Shown here piece by piece: positions 1 to 13,048 of a DNA stretch of 64,000 nucleotides (positions are counted from its first letter, which is position 1; every line of letters begins with the position of its first letter). The notes under the pieces were generated by a model, which searched no databases, was not told where the DNA came from, and worked only from the letters and a program-made list of their open reading frames with translations. The position numbers and the translations under genes are program-made. Source of the DNA: Lingula anatina (taxonomy: Eukaryota > Animalia > Brachiopoda); assembly GCA_051362555.1 (NCBI GenBank), contig CM120641.1, forward strand, positions 1,178,001 to 1,242,000, written 5' to 3'.

Positions 1-955
1 AAGTTTTTTAGAGTTTGGATGAAGATATCATTCCACGCAGTGATATTTGCCTGTCGCAGTTCATCACTACTTACCGGCCGATAACCATAGCTATTAATTC
101 TGTGAGTTACTTTCGCACACAGACTTTCAATTGGGTTCATATCTGAGGAGTTTGCAGGCCAGGGCAGTTGCTGAACCCATTGGTTTCGAAGAAAATCAGT
201 GATTCTGCGAGCTCGATGTGGGGTTGCGCAGTCGTCTTGGTACACAAAGTTGTTCCTGAAGATGACTCTTACAAATCAAAGCATTGTTTGCTGTAGAATG
301 TCTCTGTAGGAACCCTGGTTGAGGTTGCCTCCTAGAAAAACCAACTGGTTCTGGGCACCGGCATAAAATGCTCCCCAAACAGAGACGTTAACACCCCCTG
401 CTTGCACCCTAGCCAGTAAAAAATCATCGTTTTATGCCTCTCGTACACGTTGGTGGAAACGGATTCGACCACCAACCCTAAAAACTCCATATCTGGCCTC
501 ATCACTGAAAACGACGTGATTCCAGTGTTTTGGCTGCAAAGGCACGTGGTCTCCAGCCTATTGCAGACGTCGCTGTATATGACCTGCTGTTAACAGTGGT
601 TTCCCTACTGGCCTTCGTGCAAAATAACCGGCTTGCAGTGATCTCTTGTTCACGAGGGATCTTGAAATGGGCGTTTGAATGACATTCTGCCACTCTTTTC
701 TGAAGACACTGGTTGTCTTTGTACGACAAGCACGGAGCACTCTAAGGAGAAGGCGATCCTGTCTTCTTGTTGTGATACGCGGACACCCTGGTCAAGGTAT
801 TGGAGTAGGTGCCCCTGTTTTAGCATTTCTTTGGAGGACTTTGCTAACGGTTCCTGATAAATGTTGCATTGCCTGGCAATGGCTGTCCGTTTCTGGACAT
901 TTTCTCTGAGAGCAAGAATCCCATAGTAAGCTGCGTTGCTTAGCTGTCGAACCAT
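1..955 (-). pseudogene. Tc1 transposase pseudogene (frameshifts and stops)
   Basis: Stitched frames read MVRQLSNAAYYGILAL..AIARQCNI..PGCPRITTRRQDRLLLR (HTH region)..RRPVGKPLLT..WNHVVFSDEARY..GGVNVSVWGAF..NFVYQDDCATPHRARRITDFL..WPANSSDMNPIE. Exactly 34 residues separate the second catalytic D from E. Confidence 0.92.
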
Positions 956-1274
956 ATCTTCTTCAAGGTACCTGTCAAGTTTCAGAGCGATATCTTTGTT
1001 GCTTCTCCTAACACACTCCAAAGATTGGCCAAACCCATGCGTTTTTATACAAGGGCAGAAATTGCCGAAAAGACCACCCCTCACATTTCTGACCACAGAA
1101 CATGCAACTGCATGCATCAACTGTTTCGACAGTTGTATGGCAATTAGGTAACACACCTGGCTACACGTGGAGTGACACCTCAGTTTTGGATTTAAAGTAC
1201 TTAGAGAGAAAATAAATATTTTGTAGAAAATTTACTCGCCAAAAAATAATATTCCATATTTAGTAGTAACCCTG
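1..1274 (-). mobile_element. Tc1/mariner DNA transposon (Tc1, DD34E), decayed; left part outside window; in intron 5 of the LRRC74-like gene
   Basis: Minus strand begins TA|CAGGGTTACTAC at 1276-1274 (TA target followed by a CAG terminus), then a disrupted transposase. The partner TIR is not in the window. Confidence 0.85.
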
Positions 1275-1310
1275 TAAATAAATGTCGTCATGGCCCTCAG
1301 CGACACTTAC

Positions 1311-1404
1311 CGGAGGCGTCCAGAGCTTGCAATCCGGCGTTCATTTTTAACATATAAGACAGAAGTTTGGCACCCGCTGTTTTCAAGTTGTTATCCGCTA
1401 CATT
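1311..1404 (-). CDS. LRRC74: LRRC74-like exon 5 (LRR)
   Basis: ttttacag acceptor, G|GTAAGT donor; NVADNNLKTAGAKLLSYMLKMNAGLQALDAS. Confidence 0.87.
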
Positions 1405-2026
1405 CTGTAAAAAGAAGAGAGTCCATAGAATCGGCAGTAATTTATACAGTTTTTGAACACGTGATGGAGCCCAGGAAATGATTCTCATTACTTTTATTGT
1501 TTTTAGTCAAAATTTGAAAAAAAAAAGAAGTTGTCTAAATGTGTGAATTTATTCAGCCACCAAAATGCATACAGGTATATATATTTTTGTGATAATTTTC
1601 ACAATAGCATTATCCTATTATTTGCATCAATAATTATGCAAATCAAATACTACCACTGCCACTACTGCTACTACTACATGTGCTACTACTACTTCTACAT
1701 GTACTACTACTACTAATATTTTACTGAGTAAAAAAAACTTACTAATCGGACTATGCTGACGTTATCCTGCAGCATTTCACATATATAGCGGCACCCGTCT
1801 TCCCCTATGTCGTTACCAGCCAAGGAGAGCGTCGTACACAGGGTATTCCGCTGATATAAAGCATTTTATAATTATATCAACAATATGTGCCTCATCATAC
1901 CTTTAGTTTATATGATACTCAAAATGGAAAAGAATTGTCAAGGCATATATTCGTGAGATGTGCTATGTCTTGTTACGGTGGAATAGATATTGAAAAATCA
2001 AATCATCCCTAAACCGTTGAGAAGAA

Positions 2027-2069
<43 letters not shown>

Positions 2070-5000
2070 CAGATAGAGAGAGAACTTTTCTTTACATGAC
2101 GACTGATGGTTACTTTGGTAAATTGGCCCTCACCAGTAAAGCTATAGATATGGCCATCATGTCTTTAGAACTAAGCCCTTGGTTATTAAGCTGAATATCG
2201 GCGTCTTCTAGCTGCCGTGTGAACGCCGACAGGGGGATTAAGGCGAACCTTTGGCAAGCAGCATCGTACAAATACTCGACGCTGTTATCTGCTTTGGAAA
2301 TTTGAGATTTGGCAACTGCAAAATATTAATAAAGGACTTACCATTTATCAAAGTTGTAAATATAATGGCGAACTGATTTTAATTGAATTTCACACTATCA
2401 ATATTTACTAGACAGCCTTTTATGAGTAAGATTTTCTTCTGTTGTCGAAATTGTATCTTTACGAGCGGGACTGGACGTTAAATCAACAAAACACGCACAA
2501 CGCGTCCTTGAAACTCAATAGCAAGAAAAAAATAAATGTTCCATCATGTTTAACATATCCAAAAAGTAGTGTACATTATTCGCGACCAATACAATTGCTT
2601 GCATGACTATTTCATGGGGTGTTTACCCGTCCCTGTAAGTGCCATTAAACGAGACAATCACACTGACGTTTATTGATTTACCCTCAGTTTGCGGCCACGC
2701 ACAGAGAGCAACGAAGACTTGGTGTCTACGACACACCAATACTAAATAAATAAATAACATTCTGAAACTCTCAATTTGTACTCGAATTAATTTAAACTCC
2801 TATAACGGTTGTACACGAAAATGCTGTGATTATTTAATGAGCGTAGTATATAGAATACAGGATAGTTGTAATTACCATGTAAAAATCGATAAAAAGTAAT
2901 TTGACTGGACCCAAACAAGTGCAGTCAAGAACTGAAGTTTAAACTAAGACAGCTGCTCTGTATAAACAAGACAAAGCGTGACATAATCATGTTAAGATGG
3001 ACATATACCTTCATTCTCCAAATCAGTATCACAATCCTCCTCGCCTCCCTCATCGTCTTCGTCCTCAATATCCTCCACGTGAATACAGTTACTTTTCTCT
3101 TTCCCAGCACTGTTTTCTTTACCAGTCTCGGCAGATGTGCTTTGTGACCGGGTCACCACAGTTCCCCCCGTGGATGTCTTAGATTTCAGAATCGACTTCG
3201 GGGGTTGTTTCACGGAGTCCGGCCGGTGACGACACGTGACGGCGGACCCGTGTCTGCTGCAGATGGAGCCCCGGGACGCCGACTCTACCCTTGCCCGGCG
3301 TTTCTTATACTCGGCGCTGGCTCTGTGCCCCTTGTCCATGGCCGACCGGTTCTCTACACGCATCTCCTTGGCCAGGCGCACCAATCTGTTCTTGTCCTCT
3401 GGAACACTGGCCCTGGAAGACGATATTAAACATAAGCATATATTATTTTTTCTGAAAATGCATTAGAGTGTAAAATTTGACAAGATTTAAGAGGACAGAG
3501 TCACTCAAGCAGAGAAGGATGCTAGCAAGCAACATTTTCTGTGAGAATAAACGTTCAAGCCTCTGTTACACCAACCATTCCACCGTTTCGAACGATTTTC
3601 CCCACTGTCACCTTCTTCAATGTTAGGGCTTTAAAAATAATTGATAACTAAAATCAGATTCATACTAGTAAATCAGTGTGAATGAACTTTAATATTGCAA
3701 TCTTTTCTTTTATAACATATCAGTGAGAGTGGTCCAAAGTTCTCTGTGCGAGTTGTGTTTGTGTTCTCTACTAATTGCGCCCTTTTTCAACACCCCTCTT
3801 CCGACAACTACCAAAACTAGTCCATTTTCGAATCATTCACCCTTCTGTAAAATTTGAATAAATCTATCTATCCCCCTCTTACACACACACTCGCGCGCGC
3901 ACAACCCTTCGCACGCGCAAACAAGCTACTACATCAATGTTGTTCATCTCAGCTTAAAAACCGTCATAATAAAGAATGATACGGCGTCCTAACTCTCTCG
4001 TGGACAATGACAGTCCTTTATATGAGTCATTTTATAAAGACAGGACATCAAAATGGACGATATGCTCTTCCGGCATTAGGAGAAATCTCTTGGGCATCAA
4101 TTTGTCTGATGGATAAGATGGTTGATTATCCTTCAAAGATAAATTGACATTTCCGCACTTTGGAGTTACTTGGAACTTACGGCGACCTTGACATGATTAT
4201 CGCGGCACAGTAGTCATTCTTCGTTCATGCCTGTCAAGAGTGGAACATGTACCAATTGTACCCTCTACCAGGGTGACAGGTTGATTTTTCACAAGATGTC
4301 CACAGATATGTCTATAGATAAATAGACGGTCATTTGGTTCTCTGGCTTTTGGAAATTGTGCCTATAATATCTGCCACATTGGTAGAAGGTATATCAATGG
4401 CACTAGAAGAGTGGCATTGGAAGTATCAAGAAAGCCTCAAGAATGGTAACACATTCTTGGTGGTTATACATACATGGAGATTTCGTCTCAGCGGCTGTCC
4501 ATTGTTTCCCTGGGTCTGCTTCACAAAACGACTTGTCTTAAAAAGCTGTTTAGCGTACTACATAGCACTTTACCAAGAAGTAGTCTAAAATATGTTTGCT
4601 TTGGTCTTTGCTAGTCTTGTCATTGGTCTTTACACTCACTTATGACAAAAGCCCTTTTAGTGATGATAACGAATATAAAACTATTTTAGATTGAACGTAG
4701 TCGACTATCCGAATTTAAAGTAAGCTAAGTCCAAACACTTTTATCGTTCTGTATCACAGGGCCTGATTTCACTCTCCTGATAGACCCACTTTCTCCCTGT
4801 CTTTCTTGGACTGTGACTGTGACAACTGATCCCTTTGGATGACAGCATAATGTGGATTTATCGCAATGAACACCTCATATTTGAACACTCGTTTTTGTTA
4901 TATGTCACCGCCAAACATTTTAATCGTGCGTTGAGTGGACAAATAACCTTTAATGTGTCGCATTGCTGCAATATCGAACGTGTCTATTAGAGAATGTTAA

Positions 5001-6281
5001 AATATTTACACAACTAAACGCTCTTTCGTGTTCATCTGAAGAAAAGTCACCTTTCACATTTAATGTCAGTAATAGAGCTCAGAGATGCTATGTTAATAGC
5101 CCTCAATAGTTTGTCTAGAGGCCCATTTGTTCTCACATTGAAACGCACAATTTACCTTTCCACGAGCAGTTATGAAATTTCAGTGCTTCACTCCAAACTG
5201 AAGTACTTTCAAATATCACACTCGATGCCTTCAATCAATAAAGGTCTGCGAGATTTAAGATTACGAGTATTTTTATGATTTTTTAATATGGAAAATTCAC
5301 GGCTGTGTTAGAAGACACAGTTGTGCAGACTTTTGGTGACATATGCTGTAAAAAAAGAAAATCAGATGATTCCACCATTTTTTATGTTGTTTGCCCTCAG
5401 ATAACATTGGAAAGCTGCGTCTGTCTTGAACGCGATCGAATGCCCAACCTTAGGAGTTGTGATACATGAGAGATAATGGCCCCCACAGACGTCTAGTCAA
5501 TGTCCGATACGATAACCTTTTCCTTCAGATAAGATTCTATCTAGAAGTTAAAAGGATATACACTCTTATCCCTTGTGGTTTGTCCGTCGTGATCATCACC
5601 ATATAATATACTTGTGGTCAAACGATTTATCAAGCCACACTGGTAGAAATAATACATAAGGGAGGATAATGGCTACGATACTGTGATCTGCAAGTATTGC
5701 TTTTGTAAGCGTTTTGCACTTATGAATAACAGTGCTGTTCAATATAACAAAACCCTGTCAGTTCTCTCTCATGTCACCTGTATAGAGGTACACCATCACT
5801 TACACCCACCTTAGGGAGACAGGGGGGATAGCTTCATCATTTTTTTTTTCTTCTGAGACTTTTGTTAGTTCTACGTCGCATGGTTTTTGGGCTGAATTTG
5901 TACTTTAGTGTCACATTTGATGAAATTATAGAGGATAGAGTCACTCACGCAGAGAAGGATACGAGCAAGCAACGTTTTCTGTAAAAATAAACGTTCAGTT
6001 CATAATAGGTTTTATTTTTTAACCGTAATTTTAAAAGTTGATATGATATCCAAAGACCAATAAAACACTTGCCTGCACCCCATCCTTAAATTTAATTAAT
6101 ATTACAATTGAACTGAAATAACTAAATCAAGTAACCTGCACAATAGTCCCCACGGCCAAAAAGTTGCTTATTTATTGTATCTATGGCGTTGAAATAGACT
6201 AAGAACTCAAAAATCACACACTTACGTCGTCTCTGATCTTGTCAGTTGAAATATTTTCTGATTTGATGGCGGTTCCTCCAT
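1311..6281 (-). CDS. LRRC74: LRRC74-like leucine-rich-repeat protein, 5' part; coding exons 6281-6226, 3412-3009, 2315-2134, 1850-1743, 1404-1311; continues beyond window start
   Basis: All introns are GT-AG with compatible phases (2,1,0,0,1). The protein has DCDTDLENE, then YDAACQRFALIPLSAFTRQLEDADIQLNNQGLSSKDMMAISIALL and RI-type LRRs (LSLAGNDIGEDGCRYICEML; NVADNNLKTAGAKLLSYML), matching the recalled LRRC74A/B N-terminus. A versus B was not resolved. Confidence 0.82.
1650..1715. repeat. Imperfect (TAC)n microsatellite
   Basis: tactactac runs. Confidence 0.85.
1743..1850 (-). CDS. LRRC74: LRRC74-like exon 4 (LRR)
   Basis: 108 nt, atcag acceptor, GTAAGT donor; RNTLCTTLSLAGNDIGEDGCRYICEMLQDNVSIVRL. 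Confidence 0.87.
2027..2082. repeat. Compound (TG)n(AG)n microsatellite
   Basis: Directly visible. Confidence 0.95.
2134..2315 (-). CDS. LRRC74: LRRC74-like exon 3
   Basis: tgcag acceptor, CTG|GTGAGG donor; YDAAC..IP..F..QL..NNQGL motif. Confidence 0.85.
3009..3412 (-). CDS. LRRC74: LRRC74-like exon 2 (basic then acidic, ends DTDLENE)
   Basis: Acceptor tcttccag, donor AAG|GTATAT; corresponds to ORF 2992..3384. Confidence 0.85.
6226..6281 (-). CDS. LRRC74: LRRC74-like exon 1 (MEEPPSNQKIFQLTRSET)
   Basis: gtcATGG start context, donor AC|GTAAGT; phase 2 fits the next exon. Confidence 0.65.
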
Positions 6282-7000
6282 GACTATCGCTTAAATACCG
6301 AACATCCAACGATCAAAATATCTATCTGTCTAAAAGTCCAAGTTGAAATTACAAAGATGTCCATTCCATGCCATTCAGAACTATCTGATCTCGTCTCTAC
6401 GGGGAGATATGGAGGTGAAGGTGGCTCGGGTTACGGGCCCCCCTCTCCATGATGGAGTGTTGGAGGTGTATGGCAACATGAGAAAGACGCAACACACCGC
6501 TGCTAAGTGCTGTGTAACTTCTGGGCCATAGAGTTTGATGAAACGAGTCGAGCAAATGAACACATATTATGTCAACAGTGGAGAGAAAACATAGCCTTCT
6601 GTTCCACACAATGGACGGAGAGTATTTAGCGTCTAACAGGGCTTTTTGTTGGTAAACGCGAGGCCATGTTTGTTGTTTTAGTAATTTCTAAATATCTCAG
6701 AGGAAGGTCAAGGAATTTTTCATCCTGTAGATAAATACTCACGGGCCGTGACTTTTGTCTGGCTTCTTTAGATATTGACTGGCATTCGATCTAACCTTCT
6801 TCGGCAGTTTATTGATTGTATAACCGTTTACGCCGCGGCAATTGACTTTCTCCCCTAACGTGGCACGGGTAAGAGGGCGATGAGGTGACCAGGCTGACTT
6901 TTCTGTACGGAATAAAATTTTGTCTGGAGAGAAAAATGATACTTAGCAAAAAAAAATTAGCGTCAAGCGCACCGATTAGGCTACGTAACGTCTGCTAAAT

Positions 7001-7012
7001 GTCGCTGGCAAC
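7001..7012. promoter_or_regulatory. Candidate RFX X-box upstream of the LRRC74-like gene
   Basis: GTCGCTGGCAAC resembles GTNRCC(N0-3)RGYAAC; about 720 bp upstream of the ATG. Confidence 0.35.
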
Positions 7013-10000
7013 CTGTCGGCTTTAACCTAATAGGTTCGTAATCGTTAAATTGATTTGTCATCAGCGCAAATATTTAGATAATTGGGAATATGCCATAACG
7101 TTAGGTTCTCCAATAGTGAAGAAGATGTATGATGCAAAAATAACCTTATTTTCGTTAATAGACAAATGTAGGAGACTTACTTTGACACTAGCCAGGTTGT
7201 GATATTGTATTAAAAGGTGGATGTCTGGTTTGGAATGGATGGCATTTTGTAGTCATTAAGATTCTAAATGTCGCAGTTCGGCTGTCTTAATCGAACTCAC
7301 TAGAATATACCGCTTGGAGGGAAATCTAATTTAACATATCACTGCCTATTTCAGTATATTGCTAAAACGTAGTGGATGGAATTACGTTTTGAAAATTGGT
7401 TATATTTTTTTTTTCTTCCTTTGTGCATGTACATTATAGCTAAACATAGGCAACAAATGAAGTCAATTTAAACGGTATCTTACCCTGGATTTTACCGCCA
7501 AGTCGAGTTTTTCTAGAAAAAATGTTCCATACTTCCAAATGATTGTCTTGCCCGTTCCTGCGCTTAGGTCAAAGTTTTATACCATTTCAAAATATATGAT
7601 TTACTCCTAAATAACTGGCCAGTCACTTAGACCGCCGTATCCATCTGTAAAAAAATTAAAATAAAAAAAAAACTTTTGACACCAGGGCCTTTAATTTGAG
7701 GAGTTTTATAATTTTAATGGTCTGAACTAGGAAAGATAAGCTCTACAGGATATAAGATGCATAGAAAATATGACTTTGGGGCATTTTCTAGCACGAAAAT
7801 CATTCCTTTAAATATATGTCTTCCTTAAATCCATAAAATATAGAGAAGATCCCATACAGAGTCCCTAAAACTTCAAGGCACTAATTGTAACTCGGACTTT
7901 GAAAGTTTATAAATATACATGTAGAAAATAATACCATGAATATAACGGGTGTCGGAGATTGAATGATTTGGCGTTTATAATGAACTGTAGTAATATTACA
8001 AGTAACTGGGATCTTAAAAAATTTGACGAGATGTTACTTTTAATCTTCTATCCGTGTGATACTGTACATATACATGAAATACTAGTGTGAATGTTTATTT
8101 CTATAATTCCATCTTAACTTGCTAATATTGCTATTCAGAAAAATACTGTTTTTTTCTTTAAAACTTGCATTTCTTGTTACAATTCAGAATAACTGAAATA
8201 TCTATCTATATCTGTAAAACCCTGTTAAAAAATAAACTCTTACTAGCCTATTGTTTGAGAAGTTGAAAACTAGAAGTGAATGACTCTCATGATTGTAACT
8301 AAGTGGTTAATTCTTATTTGTTTTGACAAGAATGCCTCCGCTTACCTCCCATGTGTTATTAATACGAGGCTGCTTCATATCTCACCTACCTTCAGGAATT
8401 ATGATCCAATAAAATAATCAGGATGAAATATATTGTTGACGAGGTATCAAGATGTCTGCCTCCGTCCAAATTATGAGGCCCCTTTTTGTCACCTGTTCCT
8501 AGTCCAGTTACTTCTATATCTGTCAACAAGAACTTAGAATCTGGCCCGCATTTCGTCACGGATCGAAGCGGTGTTACACATTAGAATCAACGAAGCGATT
8601 AGCCATTGTCCTACCCGACTTAATCGATGCAACTCCTTTTTAAACGTTAATGGACACTTTATAAATTATGCAGAGAATATGGCGTCTTGAATGGAGAAAT
8701 GGAAGCGTGAATCATTTAATACGTGATTAATACCACTTGAAATGGTTGCGCAGACTTATAATGCGTTAGGTTTTCTTTTATAGATTTTCGGTGTGTCTGT
8801 TGGGTCGTTTGACCCTTAACTATATAAAATGTTAATTAAAAAGCGATCATGTGCATTGTTGCATGGTGGAAAGGTTCTGTAACTTTTGTCATTTGCTTAG
8901 TTAACCAGAAGCACTGTTCACAAGGGGCAGATTTCAGCGGTAGTCGTTTAGGAACATCAATATATTTAATGTGGATCACATTTCGGATTCTGTGACTGGC
9001 CGTTCACCAAAATTTAATTATCTGAAACCTACCTATTTCTATCAACACAGTCAGTATTTGAGCTTATGTTCTAATTGCTAGTTAAATTTTTTAAAGAGAA
9101 TCTGAAATAGAAGTCAGGTATGAAAATGACATAATTCGGTTTAACATCGAGAAGAGATTGAAATAACGTTCTCACATATATTGAACTAAAAGAAGTTTGG
9201 TTGTTATTCGGGTCAATGGGTAAGTGTCGAATCTGACATTTTGAAGAAGTTTTAATTCCATAAATATCTCTTTGAATCGTAAAATAATGCGTACAACTAC
9301 ATTGTACAAACTGTAGAGCGTGCACAACTTCACTGATAAATATAGGAGATTCTTTTCAAAACCAAGAAGTTCCTATAAAAAGTACAAATAAAGGTAATTT
9401 TTATACATCCCCAATGACACTTAGAAGTTCTACATATCCATAAACGAAACAATAATTATACTGATATTGTTTGTATCACAGTAATAATTTTATTTATAAA
9501 ATGATTATAATTCTGTATTTCCTGAAATCTCTCTGTCCGCTAGCTCTGCTGGTTCTCAGTCCAACAAAACGACAGAATTACCAAATCATAGAAAAAACGT
9601 TTGAAATTGCTCTCTTTTAGAAATTATTATATGGTGCATGATGCGATTTTTAGCACATGTAGAACAATTTTAAAACTACTTGAATAAAAAATGATGTATT
9701 ATTTTCCTACATCTTTAGTCAGAAGATAAGAAATATTATAAAAGATACGGAAAAGACCATTATTTGATCAAGTTTTTAGAGTGGTACGAAATCGTTAAGT
9801 GTTAAGAAAATTTTTTTAAAAGTTCAGAAGGAAAAACGGCTAAATGAATGTTCCTTCTCTAGGATTCGTCTAGGAAGGAATTGTAAAGTTATCTTCTAGA
9901 GAAATAACAACCATTGAAACCGCTGATTTCTAACACGTACGGATTGAAAGGGAAATCATCTTGTTATGTATATTGACATCTTGCCATGCCGTGAAAAAAA

Positions 10001-13000
10001 AATTAGAAATCATACAGTATTAGACTCTTCGCTGAGCACTCAGTGCTTTTGGAAAATTAGTCCAAAATGAGACAGACAAACAATTTTATTTTCAAAAATA
10101 TTTACACTTTGTAGCCATTCAGATCTTTTGTGAAATGCAGTGCGTATATAAGTAGTAAAAGTAATATACAATAAATAGATGCAATAACAAGATTGCCAAT
10201 AAAGGTAGGTAACATAACGACAATTTACAATATATTTTTGTAGATTACATGTAACGACAAAATTAACAATAAATTAGTTTCTTGATAATATTGTAAGATT
10301 GGAATGGACAAAGAATAATTCACAATATCATATTATCATCCTTAAAATGTACCTTTGATAATAACAACCATTACAATACAATCATACATATTGATAATTA
10401 TCGCTAATGATAAACAACCTACACGTATATTGCTTTGAATACTTATTACAATATGAACGTATATACCAACAATAAACGTGCTAAATGGAGATTAACGGAC
10501 ATGCACTTGTAAGATGACAGGTGGCAAGAAATTCAAAGTGGAAAAGAAGCAATAACCAAACTTGAGGCATGAGCATGAAAATGAGAAAGAGATACAAAAA
10601 AAAAATAATAATAATAATAATAAAGAAACGGCGGAGTGAAGTACCACGCAAGGAATCCGCATCACAATCGACAAAAAAAAAACAATTTTAGCAGGACAAT
10701 AAGATTTGTAGATGTGTGCATTAATAAATCAAACAATGAATGGTTGAAAAAGAGATTGGATACATATCCAAAAACAACTATCTACATGTATATGATGACA
10801 TACCCTGTGCATGGTTTGTGCCTTTTAGATCACATAACACCCGCTATAAAACTAGGGGCTTGTTTCATAACATCTGATGTTGATCATCTAAGAAAAAGAT
10901 TGCTATGCAAATTAGCTGACTAAGTTGTGTTTAACAAAGTATATAAAGACCGCTTGAGCATTCCATATTTTCAGGTTTTTTTCAATTAAGCACTTATTTG
11001 TGATGGCCTTGACAGTGACAATTATTTTCTCTCTCATTTGTTGCAGTAGCCTATTAAGGTATGTAAGACACATTCACTGCAGGCTACTCATTCATAAACC
11101 AATAAGCCCTTTAAACCAATAGCGCACAGTCGATTTATTGTAGTCGACTACACTATTTTAACAAACCAAAAACAAACTATTTGTGATATTACACCATGAC
11201 TGCTCTGGATTTTTTATAAATCTATAAATAAAGTATAACGAAATAAATAAGAACCAAATGCTCTATTGCAAAGTAAAAGTATACGTGAATTAAAAATACT
11301 TTTGAATGCACTTAGAATTACATACATAAAATTGAGTACTGGCCATAGCAGAATATTATTCACAAAGAAAATGAAAGACATACCGTGTTAGATTTCTACG
11401 GAGTCTTATAACACAGATAATACTGAATGGAAAGGATATTTTGACAACGGCAGATAAAGATGTGTCCTAAGCTCGCACTATAGTATGTAGGATTTGATCC
11501 TTGGATACAGAAGAAAATAGTATCAGTGCTAACAGTGATTTCATACCAGAAGATTATAAGCTAAAGTTTTTATGACCATACCGCAGAAACTAAGTACATA
11601 TTGATATAAACTACACTAGAATCTACATAGTGCATATGAATCATTAATACATATATCATGTAGAGAATACTATGATGAGACACTATTTGTTAACTGGATG
11701 TCTTAATTATACTAGTTTTATATTTAATTACCGCAGGGGGGGGGGTTCTAGGAGTTTCACAAATTTACCATCATTTCCGTGAGGCTGGTCTGTCATTTTT
11801 AAACGTTTTCTCGGACATGGTTTAAAAAATGACGCAAGTTTCTCACGTACATTAGTAATCAATCTTAATCACTGACAAGCCTTGTTCCAGATTATCACTA
11901 TCGAGTAAATGATACAGTAACGAAATAGCTAATACTCTGATATCTCTAAATGAACTCTCTCCGTGACAGGTGCATGTTGCGCATTTGGCAAATATATTTA
12001 ATAGCTTGTTTTCGTGATTTTCGAGTGTTGCCTGATGTTGAATTTTTTTATCAGACGTTAAATAAACATTACCATCCTTAATTTGATTTATGAAAGCGGG
12101 ACTTAATGTTTATGATTTTTATGTTTATAGCTTTTCTTTCGCGTCTTTGAGTACTATGCAAACAAACTTAAATGAGTTTCCTTATTTGATCGTTTACTTA
12201 CACTCTTTTCATAATGAAATAAGCCTCACCTAAATAATAAGTAGATAACAGCTGATCGTTGGTTTTAAGCAAATTTGAATAGATATTTCTGTTATCATGC
12301 AACTTTCTGCAAATTTTAATCATTGGTAGATATGGAAATACCATTTCCTTTTTGTAAAGGTAAATTTGACAAACCTTACAATACAGATGTAGCATCCAGA
12401 TTTTGCCATGGTAGATTTTCTCATTCTTATCAAGAAGCACAGCGTCCGGTCATATAATATCTGATCTCCATGTCAAGATACAATGATAACACCCAAAACT
12501 AAATGATATGTGTTAGTGTTTATAAAATTTGCAGAACGACTAAAAGCATAGTTTCTACAGTTAATATGCGAAATGTTAGTGCCTTCTAAAGCGCCAGTTA
12601 ATTCAGTTTAAATAAAATATCGCTTATCTTAATGTCATATTCAGACAATCATTAAAGGACTGTTTTAACTTTGTACAGCTCTAACCATGAAAGTGTATCG
12701 AAATTATAAAAAGCCATATTTCCTATACCTTTTAATGAAACATTTGTTTTTTAATTCTATGTTACTTACCATTTAACTGGAAATCAGGCGGTAGGCACAT
12801 ACAGCTGTATGTAGTTGCTCCTAACAATACAAAAATCGCTGTATCGAATGTGATTTGTTTCCAACTTACAAAAGCGTTAATTATTGTGATCTTTACCTTC
12901 CTTTTACTGTAAGACCGTGAGTGGACTTTTTTCTACCTCAGACAGAAAAAAAGAAAACCGTTTACTTTTGGCAGGATACAGGCACCATATCTCAGTCAAA

Positions 13001-13048
13001 TCTGTACTAAACTATATATGAGCCCACATGCACCGTTCTTAAGATTGT

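Noticed and set aside
650-1156. 168-aa ORF as an independent gene
   Set aside because: A mix of transposon 5' sequence and frameshifted Tc1 transposase.
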